Shown here: positions 10,452 through 19,455 of the stretch, one piece after another | Position numbering within the stretch: position 1 is the first letter of the stretch | Layout: each line of letters starts with the position of its first letter | NCBI GenBank assembly: GCA_023436305.1 | Contig: JAEZJQ010000016.1 | Span: forward strand, 8,536-72,535 | From: Bacillota bacterium | Lineage (GTDB): Bacteria; Bacillota; UBA4882; UBA8346 | Reading direction: 5' to 3' | Length of the DNA stretch: 64,000 bases | Program-made: the position numbers and the translations under genes | The notes under the pieces: generated by a model | The model's database searches: none | The model's input: the letters and a program-made list of their open reading frames with translations, nothing else | What the model was told of the DNA's origin: nothing

Positions 10452-10982
10452 CTACTTCTTTAAAAGTTTCTTGGCCGGAAAATAAAGAACTTGAGCAATA
10501 ACTGCATTCAATACGGTTAACGTAAATACTGTTATTAACATCTGGGCGATAACCGCCACCGGTACCAAACGAAAAATATAATAAACTCCTACAAAAGTTA
10601 AACCGCTGGCTAACGTGGCCAAGGCGGTACTAATCAAAGGCGTTAATACAAAAGTTTTATTTTTCGGTTCCAACAAATAAATAATCCCTAAACAAACGAC
10701 AGCACCAACCGGTTCACTCACAAAATTCACGGGATAACCGGCCTTGGAGGATACCATGCAAACCAAACCGGCTACAATACCAATGCCCACAGCGACTCCA
10801 AATTTAGGCCGGATTAATACTATGGCCAGACAATACATGGCAATCGCGAAATTAGGAGTAATTCCAAACATGGGGGGAACAGTTAACCGGATTACCGCCC
10901 CTGCGGCAATCAAAAGCGCCGTTACCGTTAAATCAATAGCCTTCAACCCTTTTTTCTCAACTACTCTCGTCTCAACACTCAT
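10452..10982 (-). CDS. ECF S (substrate-capture) component, TrpP-like
   Basis: 176 aa with about 6 TM segments, first gene of the ECF block. Its layout resembles B. subtilis TrpP/YhaG as I remember that sequence. Substrate assignment is tentative. Confidence 0.6.
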   Translation of the reverse strand: MSVETRVVEKKGLKAIDLTVTALLIAAGAVIRLTVPPMFGITPNFAIAMYCLAIVLIRPKFGVAVGIGIVAGLVCMVSSKAGYPVNFVSEPVGAVVCLGIIYLLEPKNKTFVLTPLISTALATLASGLTFVGVYYIFRLVPVAVIAQMLITVFTLTVLNAVIAQVLYFPAKKLLKK

Positions 10983-11070
10983 TACTACTCCTCCTAAAAT
11001 AATTAAATTTATTATACGCCGCGCGCGCCCATACGGCGTACAGTCACGGCACTTTCACCGGCGAACCCGG

Positions 11071-11104
11071 AATAATAAAAGCCAGGCAAGAAGCACCTGG
11101 CTTT
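11071..11104 (-). terminator. Leader terminator/attenuator upstream of the S-component gene
   Basis: Minus strand reads AAAGCCAGG-tgcttcttg-CCTGGCTTT followed by TATTATT. It lies about 90 nt upstream of the ATG at 10982 and about 150 nt downstream of a good promoter. Confidence 0.55.
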
Positions 11105-11250
11105 ACAAAACGGATTAATTTAAGCAATTAACGTCTGCGCCACTGTACTGTTCTTCAACTCATCTCAACTTCTTTAACAATGAACTTCCGTATTACAGCT
11201 CTCATTTCTTGTTAAAAACTCAACTCATATACCATACTACTTTTAACATA

Positions 11251-11279
11251 AATATAACAAAACTAATGGCGAAAGTCAA
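11251..11279 (-). promoter_or_regulatory. Sigma-A-type promoter for the ECF/ior block
   Basis: Minus strand reads TTGACT-17 nt-TATATT. Confidence 0.45.
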
Positions 11280-11402
11280 TCGAACAAATTTCCATAAAAA
11301 ACGTCATTTTGTTGATTTTACACTGTTTTCCCTAATTTAGTATGGGAACGGAAAAATTTTAATAATATATAATTCTGATTTATACAATTCCGATATTTTC
11401 AA

Positions 11403-12398
11403 TTATTCCCCTAAAATTAACGGCAAAATCTCCATCAGATCCCGGCATTCCTGGTACATAAACGGTCGCGCCCCTCCGGCGGCAATGTTGCCACCACAAA
11501 TCCCAATTCCGGCAAATCCGGCCAGGCGAATCGCAATGATTCCCGCCGCTGAGTCCTCAATCCCGATGATCCGGTTCCTGGAATCCCAATCCAAACCCAA
11601 CCCAGTTCCCGCCGCTTCCGCATAAAGCCAAGGGTGTGGTTTTGGAGTAAACTCCCCCAGTGTTCCCATCTGTCCTCGACGGCAACTGAAACCGGCGCAA
11701 ATTATGGCATCATAATAATCAAGCGGATCGCCCAGGCCCATCACCCGAAACGCCGCCATAATTTCCGGCCAGGCTTTTTCATATAAACCGGAAGTAACCA
11801 AACCGATTTTAATACGGTACGCTTTCAGAGCGATCAAAAACTCTTTCAAATGAGGGCTGGGTACGAAAAAGCGGGCCGGGCCCCTGCCTGCCAAAATTTC
11901 CTTCATTTGATGCCGGGTAAGTTCATAATAGATACGCCGGGCTTCTTCCAATGAATGATCCGGACAATATTTTTCGATACAGTATTGCAGGTGTTCAGAA
12001 ACCGAATGCCCCGAAATATAAGGCTCATCAGCGTCTTCCAATTCAAAATGCCGGTCTTTTATTAATTGGGCAATTGTAAGTTCAATCATCCGCATCCAAA
12101 ATTCTTCACTTCGCACTGTGGTCCCGTCGAGATCCATCAATACCGCTCGCGCCGGACTCTCGAATGAAACCTCGGACAGTTTGTATATGGCCGGATAACC
12201 GAATGCCGATTTAATATAAACCAAGGTTTTATCATCAAAGGCAATCCATTCCGTTTTTCGATCAAGCGGCGTTAAAATCCGCCGCACCCCATCAACCCCT
12301 AGCCGCCAAATCCCCGCCCCTCCCTCCGTTAAATTAAGCAAGTCATCGCGGTATGATTCATGGATATAGCCAAGGCCGGGAATTCTATCACCATTCAT
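11403..12398 (-). CDS. HAD-superfamily hydrolase with N-terminal extra domain
   Basis: HAD motif I LMDLDGTT, motif II GLVTSG, motif IV GIEDSAAG. The N-terminal part of about 85 aa is unassigned. Confidence 0.7.
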   Translation of the reverse strand: MNGDRIPGLGYIHESYRDDLLNLTEGGAGIWRLGVDGVRRILTPLDRKTEWIAFDDKTLVYIKSAFGYPAIYKLSEVSFESPARAVLMDLDGTTVRSEEFWMRMIELTIAQLIKDRHFELEDADEPYISGHSVSEHLQYCIEKYCPDHSLEEARRIYYELTRHQMKEILAGRGPARFFVPSPHLKEFLIALKAYRIKIGLVTSGLYEKAWPEIMAAFRVMGLGDPLDYYDAIICAGFSCRRGQMGTLGEFTPKPHPWLYAEAAGTGLGLDWDSRNRIIGIEDSAAGIIAIRLAGFAGIGICGGNIAAGGARPFMYQECRDLMEILPLILGE

Positions 12399-12684
12399 TC
12401 GATTCGCCTTTCAAATTGATAATCATCTCTAGTATATGCCTTAACCAAAAAGGGTTATGCTTTACCAGAGATTAACCCGGCCGAAAATCCATCGGTACTA
12501 TCGATTTATAATTCAAATATTTCGTTCACGGATAACCTGCAAAATTGGTAGATTCAACAGTACAATTATTTTTAGCCAGAATTAAAAAGTTTTTGTTGTA
12601 TTTTATAATTAATTGCTTTATTCTGAAACTATAAGACGAATTTTAACGGACAATAAAAAATAATAGTGGGTGGAGATTGATCCC

Positions 12685-13125
12685 ATGCAAATTACTCAAG
12701 AATTAAATAATATTGAAAATTCAAAACACAGTTCTCCCATAAAGGGTGGACGGAACCTATTGCTGATGGACGATGAGGAGTTTCTGCTGGAGTTGTTGAA
12801 GGAAGTCCTGGAAAACATGAATTACAGCGTGGAACTATCGAAAAACGGCGAGGAAGCCATCCAAAAATACTTAACCGCCATGGAATCCGGGCAGATAATT
12901 GATGCCATCATCCTGGACCTAACGGTGAAAGGTGGCATGGGCGGCAAAAAAACCATCGAGAAACTGCTGGAAATCAACCCTCAAGTGAAAGGAATAGCCT
13001 CCAGCGGTTATTCCGAAGACCCGATTTTTGCAAATCCGAAAGAATATGGTTTCTGCGGAGCGATTAAAAAGCCGTTCAGCATTGAGAATTTATGCGAGGT
13101 ACTGGAGCAGGTGTTAAATGAGTAA
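12685..13125 (+). CDS. Stand-alone response-regulator receiver protein
   Basis: LLLMDDEE...DAIILDLTVKGGMGG...KKPF receiver signature with no output domain. Start set at ATG 12685, after a GGTGGAG RBS. Confidence 0.85.
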   Translation: MQITQELNNIENSKHSSPIKGGRNLLLMDDEEFLLELLKEVLENMNYSVELSKNGEEAIQKYLTAMESGQIIDAIILDLTVKGGMGGKKTIEKLLEINPQVKGIASSGYSEDPIFANPKEYGFCGAIKKPFSIENLCEVLEQVLNE

Positions 13126-13127
13126 CC

Positions 13128-14168
13128 TCAAGCCTGATATTTCACCACCGTAATCTTCGGGTATTGATATAAATTATAGGTCTTCCCTATCTCCCGGCCT
13201 TGAATCACCTTCACCCGGCATTCAAACCGGGAAACAAACTCTACGACTACCGTGTCTCCATCACTCAACCCCAAGACACTTCCCACCGGATACGGCGCCA
13301 TAATCCGCAAGAAACTATCCATCACCGTCTTGTCATACTTCACCATCGCCTTGGTTTTTAATTCCTGTATTACTTGATTCGGGGACATTCCTTTATAATA
13401 GCCGCGATAAACCATCGTGTCGAAATCATCGGCGACGGCGATAACCTTGGCGAAACGGTGAATTCTTTTGCTGGTCAATCCCCGGGGGTAACCGCTGCCG
13501 TCTTCCCGCTCGTGGTGCTGCAGCGCCACGTGAGCCGATAAAAAATTCAACTCCGTCTTCTTTTTCAACAGTTCATACCCCACCCGGGGATGGTTTTTAA
13601 TCAGTTCCGAATCCTGGGGATTGTAAAGATTCAGTTTCCGGCCATCTTTACGATCGCAAAACAGCATCCCCATATCGTGCAGCATGGCCCCAATACCTAA
13701 TTTGGCCAGTTCAACCCGGTTAAAACCCATTTCCGTCGCTATCATCAGTGCCACGATACAAACATTCACCGCATGGGCGAAAATATAATTCTCCTGCGAG
13801 CGAATATCGATGGTATTATACACAAAATCCAATTTACTGAAGAGCTGGCTGATAATTTCCTCAACCACAATGGATATATTTCGCAGATTCACATTCTCGT
13901 CATTTTCGAATAACCTGGTGGTTTTTTTCAACAAGCTCCGCGCTTTAAACCGGGTCTCATCATCCACCTGATCATAAATAATGCTGTCTTCCGCATCACC
14001 GGGATCAAGAACATAGATATGATTATACTTTAACTCTTGAATGCGGGTGATATAATTCGATTTCAACTCAATATTCGGGCGTAATAAAACCCCGCCGTCA
14101 TCTTCGCGATAGATGGTCCGCGCCAATTTCATCCCCGGTTTAATCTCAGCAATCGGAATAATATGCAT
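13128..14168 (-). CDS. HD-GYP domain protein (putative c-di-GMP phosphodiesterase)
   Basis: HAVNV...LHDMGM...HHEREDGSGYPRGL motifs. Confidence 0.85.
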   Translation of the reverse strand: MHIIPIAEIKPGMKLARTIYREDDGGVLLRPNIELKSNYITRIQELKYNHIYVLDPGDAEDSIIYDQVDDETRFKARSLLKKTTRLFENDENVNLRNISIVVEEIISQLFSKLDFVYNTIDIRSQENYIFAHAVNVCIVALMIATEMGFNRVELAKLGIGAMLHDMGMLFCDRKDGRKLNLYNPQDSELIKNHPRVGYELLKKKTELNFLSAHVALQHHEREDGSGYPRGLTSKRIHRFAKVIAVADDFDTMVYRGYYKGMSPNQVIQELKTKAMVKYDKTVMDSFLRIMAPYPVGSVLGLSDGDTVVVEFVSRFECRVKVIQGREIGKTYNLYQYPKITVVKYQA

Positions 14169-14279
14169 TAAAGTCCTCCGTGAAATTTTTTACATGATTA
14201 CAAAAATATACCTGATAATTCCCGATTCTTCCTTGGAAAAATAATTATTAATCGCATCGTCTAAAAAAGGAGTGAAAAC

Positions 14280-14519
14280 ATGCTAACCTGTGAAATCTCG
14301 TTAGCCCCGTTGGAAACCGTAAGTTCCGATCGGATTATTAACCAGTCCATTCAAGCTCTGAAACAGACCGGAGTAAAACATGAAGTGGGAAATATGAGTA
14401 CGTATCTTTACAGTGAAACCCCGGATAAAATTTGGGAGGGCATTCAAGCAATTTATAATGTCGCCCAAAGCGCCGGCACGGAATTTTCGATGTCAATCAA
14501 TTTAAGTAATAATACCTGA
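14280..14519 (+). CDS. MTH1187/YkoF-like (DUF77) small protein
   Basis: The pattern EISLAPLETVSS..I..SI..L...GVKHEVGNMST matches the DUF77 thiamine-binding-like family as I remember it. AAGGAG RBS upstream. Confidence 0.55.
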   Translation: MLTCEISLAPLETVSSDRIINQSIQALKQTGVKHEVGNMSTYLYSETPDKIWEGIQAIYNVAQSAGTEFSMSINLSNNT

Positions 14520-14633
14520 AAACGAAGTGATAAACCTTAATATTTAGAACTTTATACCGTCTTTCAACCCTCTCTTTCCTGTATCGAACAAAAAAAGGAC
14601 CAACTTTATACTTTTCCACCTGAATTAAAAAAA

Positions 14634-14656
14634 ATCCCGCTGTCAAAACAGTGGGA
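14634..14656 (+). terminator. Terminator hairpin
   Basis: ATCCCGCTGT-caaa-ACAGTGGGAT (one G-T pair), A-run before it and TAACTTTTTAT after it. Confidence 0.5.
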
Positions 14657-14942
14657 TAACTTTTTATAACTGGTTTAATTTTCAAGAATTACCTGCCGTT
14701 ACTAGATACATCAAAATACAATATACATCACTAATTAAGCTTGCTCCAACTTGACTTTTGCCAAGTTTGCGCTTATCATTATGTTATAATTATCCAAAAA
14801 AGTTTCTTTTTTAATTGACACGACATGATTGGTATCACCACCACCCATGAATCGGCTTTGGAAAAGCCGCGCATGAACCTATTTTCGTGTTATCTTTTGG
14901 AATAATTTAATTTATAATATCCCTTCAAGGAGGATTCGTTTC

Positions 14943-16250
14943 ATGAGTTTGATCGTCGCCAAATTTGGGGGTACTTCGCTGGCTAATGCCGCCCAATTTC
15001 GTAAAGTTCATTCAATAATTATGGAAAACCCGGAACGCCGGTATATTGTCCCGTCCGCTCCCGGAAAACGCAATTCGGATGATTATAAAATCACTGATTT
15101 ATTATATCTTTGCCACGCTCATGTAAACCAGGCCATTTCCTTTGATGAAGTTTTCAATGTAATCAGCAACCGATACCTGGAGATCATTTCGGACCTCGGC
15201 CTTTCCCTTGATCTTAAACCCTATCTCGCTGAAATCAAAGAAAAAATCGCTGAAGGAGCCTCCGCTGATTATGTGGCCAGCCGCGGCGAGTATTTAAACG
15301 GCATAATCCTCGCCAAACTCATTGGTTACGATTTTGTGGATCCGGGCCAAGTGGTTATTTTCAACGACCGGGGTCAGCTCGATCTGGAACTCGCTCAAAA
15401 TAACCTGGCCAAAGTTCTGGCCAAATCCCCTAAAGCAGTGGTACCCGGTTTTTACGGTGCCACTTCCACCGGTCAAGTCAAAACCTTCTCCCGGGGAGGA
15501 TCGGATATCTCCGGTTCCTTGGTCGCCCGTAGCGTAGAGGCAGATCTTTATGAAAACTGGACTGATGTTTCCGGGTTTCTTATGGCCGACCCCCGTATCG
15601 TCAAAGATTCGAAGCCGATGGCCAGGATTACTTACCGTGAATTGCGGGAGTTAGCTTATATGGGAGCAACAGTGCTTCATGAAGAATCGGTCTTTCCGGT
15701 GCGCCAAGCCGGAATACCCATCAATATCAAAAACACCAATGATCCGGGACATCCCGGGACCATCATTGTCAACGAAGCCGAATCTAATGATTCCATAACC
15801 GGAATAGCCGGTAAAAAGGATTTTACGGTAATCGCCGTTGAAAAAGAAATGATGAACTCCGAACTCGGATTTGGCAGGAAACTGCTCTCCATCATGGAGG
15901 CCAACACTGTGTCCTTCGAGCATATTCCTACGGGCATCGATACCATGTCCGTGGTCATTGCTGATTCCCAATTGAACGGGAAACTTGAAAAAATATTGGA
16001 AGAGATCCGTAACCAATGCAAACCGGATTCGCTAGAAGTTTATCCCAATATGGCCCTCATTGCCACTGTTGGCCGGGGCATGGTCTATACTCCCGGCATC
16101 GCCGCCAAACTGTTTAACGCCTTGGCCCAGTCCAATATCAACGTACGCATGATCGACCAGGGTTCCAGTGAATTAAATATCATTGTCGGTGTCCATACCA
16201 CCGATTTCGAAAAAGCCGTCCAAGCCATATACCAAGCGTTTGTACATTAA
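14943..16250 (+). CDS. lysC: Aspartate kinase
   Basis: MSLIVAKFGGTSLANA..., C-terminal ACT domains, GGAGG RBS. Confidence 0.93.
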   Translation: MSLIVAKFGGTSLANAAQFRKVHSIIMENPERRYIVPSAPGKRNSDDYKITDLLYLCHAHVNQAISFDEVFNVISNRYLEIISDLGLSLDLKPYLAEIKEKIAEGASADYVASRGEYLNGIILAKLIGYDFVDPGQVVIFNDRGQLDLELAQNNLAKVLAKSPKAVVPGFYGATSTGQVKTFSRGGSDISGSLVARSVEADLYENWTDVSGFLMADPRIVKDSKPMARITYRELRELAYMGATVLHEESVFPVRQAGIPINIKNTNDPGHPGTIIVNEAESNDSITGIAGKKDFTVIAVEKEMMNSELGFGRKLLSIMEANTVSFEHIPTGIDTMSVVIADSQLNGKLEKILEEIRNQCKPDSLEVYPNMALIATVGRGMVYTPGIAAKLFNALAQSNINVRMIDQGSSELNIIVGVHTTDFEKAVQAIYQAFVH

Positions 16251-16252
16251 AC

Positions 16253-16287
16253 GATAGCGTCTGGCGTATTAGACACCAGACGCTATC
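16253..16287. terminator. Bidirectional hairpin between convergent lysC and the methylase gene
   Basis: Perfect 12-bp stem GATAGCGTCTGG / CCAGACGCTATC with an 11-nt loop. Confidence 0.6.
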
Positions 16288-16289
16288 CC

Positions 16290-17378
16290 TTAGACCCCAA
16301 TCAACACCACTTCCTCAGATTGACGGTTGCTTAACACATATTGATAATTCTTGCGTTTTACTTCGATAATCCGTTTCTTATATCGTTTTAACATCGTCTC
16401 CAATTCTTCAATGGCGGGAATGCCGTCGGACCGGTAGGAGATGACCAATATACTATCCCGGAAATGATGAAATAGTTCATCAAAAGCGCGGTGAATTTTG
16501 TTTTTATCGTTCCAGGGGGAATCCCGGTGATAAAAGCGCCTGTTTTTTGTACTAAAATCGATATAGTCCTTCCATTCCGGATAATTTACCAAGCCTTCCA
16601 AAAAATGATAAAAATCGAGGTAATCGGTTCCAATCCCTTTCCTGGAAATATAAGGTGTATCGATATAAACCAGATCGTACCGTTCCTCAATGGTTAAAGC
16701 ATCTTGATTTAAGGCTCTATTGGAGAACCCGTTAGAAAAAACCGCCCCATTGGCTTCATGGATGAAGTTTTTAAAGTGATTTTCAAAAGGAGTATCCCAG
16801 GTGGTCTTATTTCCAAAATTCCGGTTCACATTGGACTGCCTGATGTATAAGTTCTTCCGGTGAAACAGATTAAACGGCCTTTTGATAATGCAGGCTTGAA
16901 ATAGGGAAAAAAAACTCAAGGCCTTCTTATAAGGGTTATGCAGTGCTTCAATATTAGCCAGTACCCGATCAATCCATTGATTTTCCTCATCGGTAAAATA
17001 GATATCCATGAAAGTATCATGAATAAAGGTGCGGTATTTCAACCGTGGATTCTCGGATACCAGAAACCGCAGCTCCTCATCCGTCAGTTTTACAGAATCG
17101 TTTTCAATCAAGGCCAAACCAATATACCAATTGAATTTTAAAATATCGTTATAAGTTACTTGTTTGCCTTGTTGTTTCAACATAAAAGCCATACTGCCGG
17201 TACCTCCGAAGGCATCCAGCGCGGTTTTAAAATTCAAATCCTTGATTGCATCCCAGATCCAATCCACGACCTTTAATTTGCTGCCTTGGAACCGGGTTGA
17301 CGGAAATTGCGGTTCGTTTTCCAATGATGGAATTTGATCCGTCCGGAAGTTCATGTAGCTTTCTCCAAAGCCTCCCAA
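16290..17378 (-). CDS. D12-class N6-adenine DNA methyltransferase (Dam-like)
   Basis: RFQGSKLKVVDWI, SAM motif DAFGGTGSMAF, catalytic DTPY (DPPY-type). Confidence 0.8.
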   Translation of the reverse strand: MGGFGESYMNFRTDQIPSLENEPQFPSTRFQGSKLKVVDWIWDAIKDLNFKTALDAFGGTGSMAFMLKQQGKQVTYNDILKFNWYIGLALIENDSVKLTDEELRFLVSENPRLKYRTFIHDTFMDIYFTDEENQWIDRVLANIEALHNPYKKALSFFSLFQACIIKRPFNLFHRKNLYIRQSNVNRNFGNKTTWDTPFENHFKNFIHEANGAVFSNGFSNRALNQDALTIEERYDLVYIDTPYISRKGIGTDYLDFYHFLEGLVNYPEWKDYIDFSTKNRRFYHRDSPWNDKNKIHRAFDELFHHFRDSILVISYRSDGIPAIEELETMLKRYKKRIIEVKRKNYQYVLSNRQSEEVVLIGV

Positions 17379-17595
17379 AGGCCTATTTCAATCGTTTACG
17401 TAATTTCGATAATCCATTGGAGATCATCCTAAAGTTTTTTATCGATCCTGCCGATGTAAAAGAATAAAATATAATTTACAGTTTAGCTTTATTCCAAAGT
17501 CTACCATACCCCATACATTAATCCATTCGGCATCGTGGCAACCATTTGCCGCATACGACCGCTTAACCATTTCGGCACATATCATTCAGCAATTA

Positions 17596-18708
17596 TCAAA
17601 TCAAGTTCTCCGGATTTAAAGATTCCAGTTCTTTGATAATAAACCGGCCATCTTTGCGTATCAAGCGATCATCAAAGTAAATCTCCCCACCACCGTATTC
17701 GGGACGTTGAATAAACACTAGGTCCCAATGGATAGCCGACTTATTTCCATTATCGCATTCCTGGTAAGAGTTGCCGGGAGTAAAATGAATACTGCCGCTG
17801 ATTTTTTCGTCGAATAGCGTATCCTTCATCGGTTTTAAAATATAAGGATTCACTCCCAGCGAAAACTCCCCGATATACCGGGCTCCTTCATCCGTATCGA
17901 AAATATGGTTCAATCTTTGGGAGTCATTGCTTTCAGCCCGAATGATTTTACCGTTTTTAAAAGTTAATTTGACATTCTCATAAGTAACTCCCTGGTATAC
18001 CGCCGGTGTATTATAGGTGATTACCCCATTGACCGATTCTTTCACGGGCGCGGTAAAAATCTCGCCATCGGGAATATTCATTTCACCCGCGCAGGGTATG
18101 GCCGGTAATCCTTTGATCGAAAAAGTAAGGTCTGTCTCCCGTCCGGTCAACCGGACCCGATCCGTTTTTTCCATTAATTCTTTCAATGGCTCCATGGCTT
18201 GCCGCATTTTTTGGTAGTTTAACGTACAAACATTAAAATAAAAATCTTCGAAAGCGGCAGTGCTCATATTGGCGGATTGAGCCATGGAAGGCGTTGGATA
18301 TCGCATGATGCACCACTTAGTATGATTCACCCGTTGATCGGTAACCGGACGCGCGTAATATTTTTGATATAACTGTTGTTGTTCCGCCGGAACATCCGAT
18401 GTTTCATTGGCATTATCCATGGCCCGGATACCGATATAGGCATCCATCGCTTTCATCTGAACCAATTCAAATTGGGCCAGTTTCTCAAGCTGATCCCGGG
18501 TCGCACCGAACATCAACTGCCGGTCAATCTGTTTATTACGGGTTGTGACAAAAGGGATTCCACCAACCTGGTAAACCTCCCGAACAATGGCCAATGCCAG
18601 CGGTATTCCGGAATCAATCACTTCGATTAATATTTTTTCACCCTTTGCGAGACGTACAGAGTAATGGATCAATCCTTCGGCCATCTTATCCAATCTGGGA
18701 TCTTTCAT
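17596..18708 (-). CDS. M29-family aminopeptidase (AmpS/PepS type)
   Basis: MKDPRLDKMAEGLIHYSVRLAKGEKILIE... and IHWDLV near the C-terminus. Start set at ATG 18708, after a GGGTG RBS. Confidence 0.88.
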   Translation of the reverse strand: MKDPRLDKMAEGLIHYSVRLAKGEKILIEVIDSGIPLALAIVREVYQVGGIPFVTTRNKQIDRQLMFGATRDQLEKLAQFELVQMKAMDAYIGIRAMDNANETSDVPAEQQQLYQKYYARPVTDQRVNHTKWCIMRYPTPSMAQSANMSTAAFEDFYFNVCTLNYQKMRQAMEPLKELMEKTDRVRLTGRETDLTFSIKGLPAIPCAGEMNIPDGEIFTAPVKESVNGVITYNTPAVYQGVTYENVKLTFKNGKIIRAESNDSQRLNHIFDTDEGARYIGEFSLGVNPYILKPMKDTLFDEKISGSIHFTPGNSYQECDNGNKSAIHWDLVFIQRPEYGGGEIYFDDRLIRKDGRFIIKELESLNPENLI

Positions 18709-18877
18709 GAAAATCACCCTTTCAATTACGATTCTAAACTAAATTTAAACCGCCGCAATACATTTGATTGGAAATAATTGTTTCTTAAGCATTTTGACCG
18801 TTTCAACCGAATAATATGGTAAGGATATTCTTAAGGGGCCGGATTAATTGTTACTAATTTTTGAATAACTTTTTACT

Positions 18878-19444
18878 ATGGCGAGGCGAAGTCACATGAC
18901 GAAAAAAACAATCAGCGATTGGGCTAAAAAAAATTTTTTACATTGGTTTGTAGAGAACTACCTGCAGGAATCGGAGGTGATCAAACAGGTATTGCTACAA
19001 ATTGCCCAAAATGAGCCCATGCTCGCCAAAGTACACATTGTGGTAGACGGTTCATATTTACGTCCGTTGCTTGTCATCTCCACCGAAGGTACCGGCATGC
19101 CTTCCTTTCTGTTAAAAACTTTCGACAGCACCATCACCAATCCGACATTAATTTTAAACCGGCTACAATTATTAAAAGATTCACCAATATATTTAACTTT
19201 ATATTTTCCGGACCGGAACAACTGTGAACCGCTCCAGGCGGTAATTGAAGAAAATCCTAAATCATTGGATTCCAATGACGCCCGGCAAATGCTGATGGAT
19301 TTCGAATTATCATTATGGAGTGAAACCATCAAACAAGATATTGAACGCCAGGAGATTATGGACCAGATCGACCAAGCCCTGGATGAAAGAAATAAACGAA
19401 AATTTAAACGTCTGGTCAAAAAATTAAAAGAGTTGAAAGCTTAA
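18878..19444 (+). CDS. YpiB-like (UPF0302) protein with C-terminal IDEAL domain
   Basis: C-terminal IDQALDERNKRKFKRLVKKL is an IDEAL-domain pattern. The N-terminal part looks like UPF0302. Confidence 0.6.
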   Translation: MARRSHMTKKTISDWAKKNFLHWFVENYLQESEVIKQVLLQIAQNEPMLAKVHIVVDGSYLRPLLVISTEGTGMPSFLLKTFDSTITNPTLILNRLQLLKDSPIYLTLYFPDRNNCEPLQAVIEENPKSLDSNDARQMLMDFELSLWSETIKQDIERQEIMDQIDQALDERNKRKFKRLVKKLKELKA

Positions 19445-19455
19445 GGTTAAAAACT

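Noticed and set aside
10983-11279. T-box riboswitch as the identity of the S-component leader.
   Set aside because: There is no recognisable T-box sequence (GGTGGTACCGCG type) 5' of the terminator, and no clear Stem I or specifier features. The leader before the terminator is only about 150 nt. It is kept as an unclassified leader instead.
14686-14942. A possible lysine riboswitch (L-box) or other leader upstream of lysC.
   Set aside because: I found none of the conserved L-box segments and no terminator or antiterminator pair. There is only a small hairpin, CGGCTTT-ggaa-AAGCCG.
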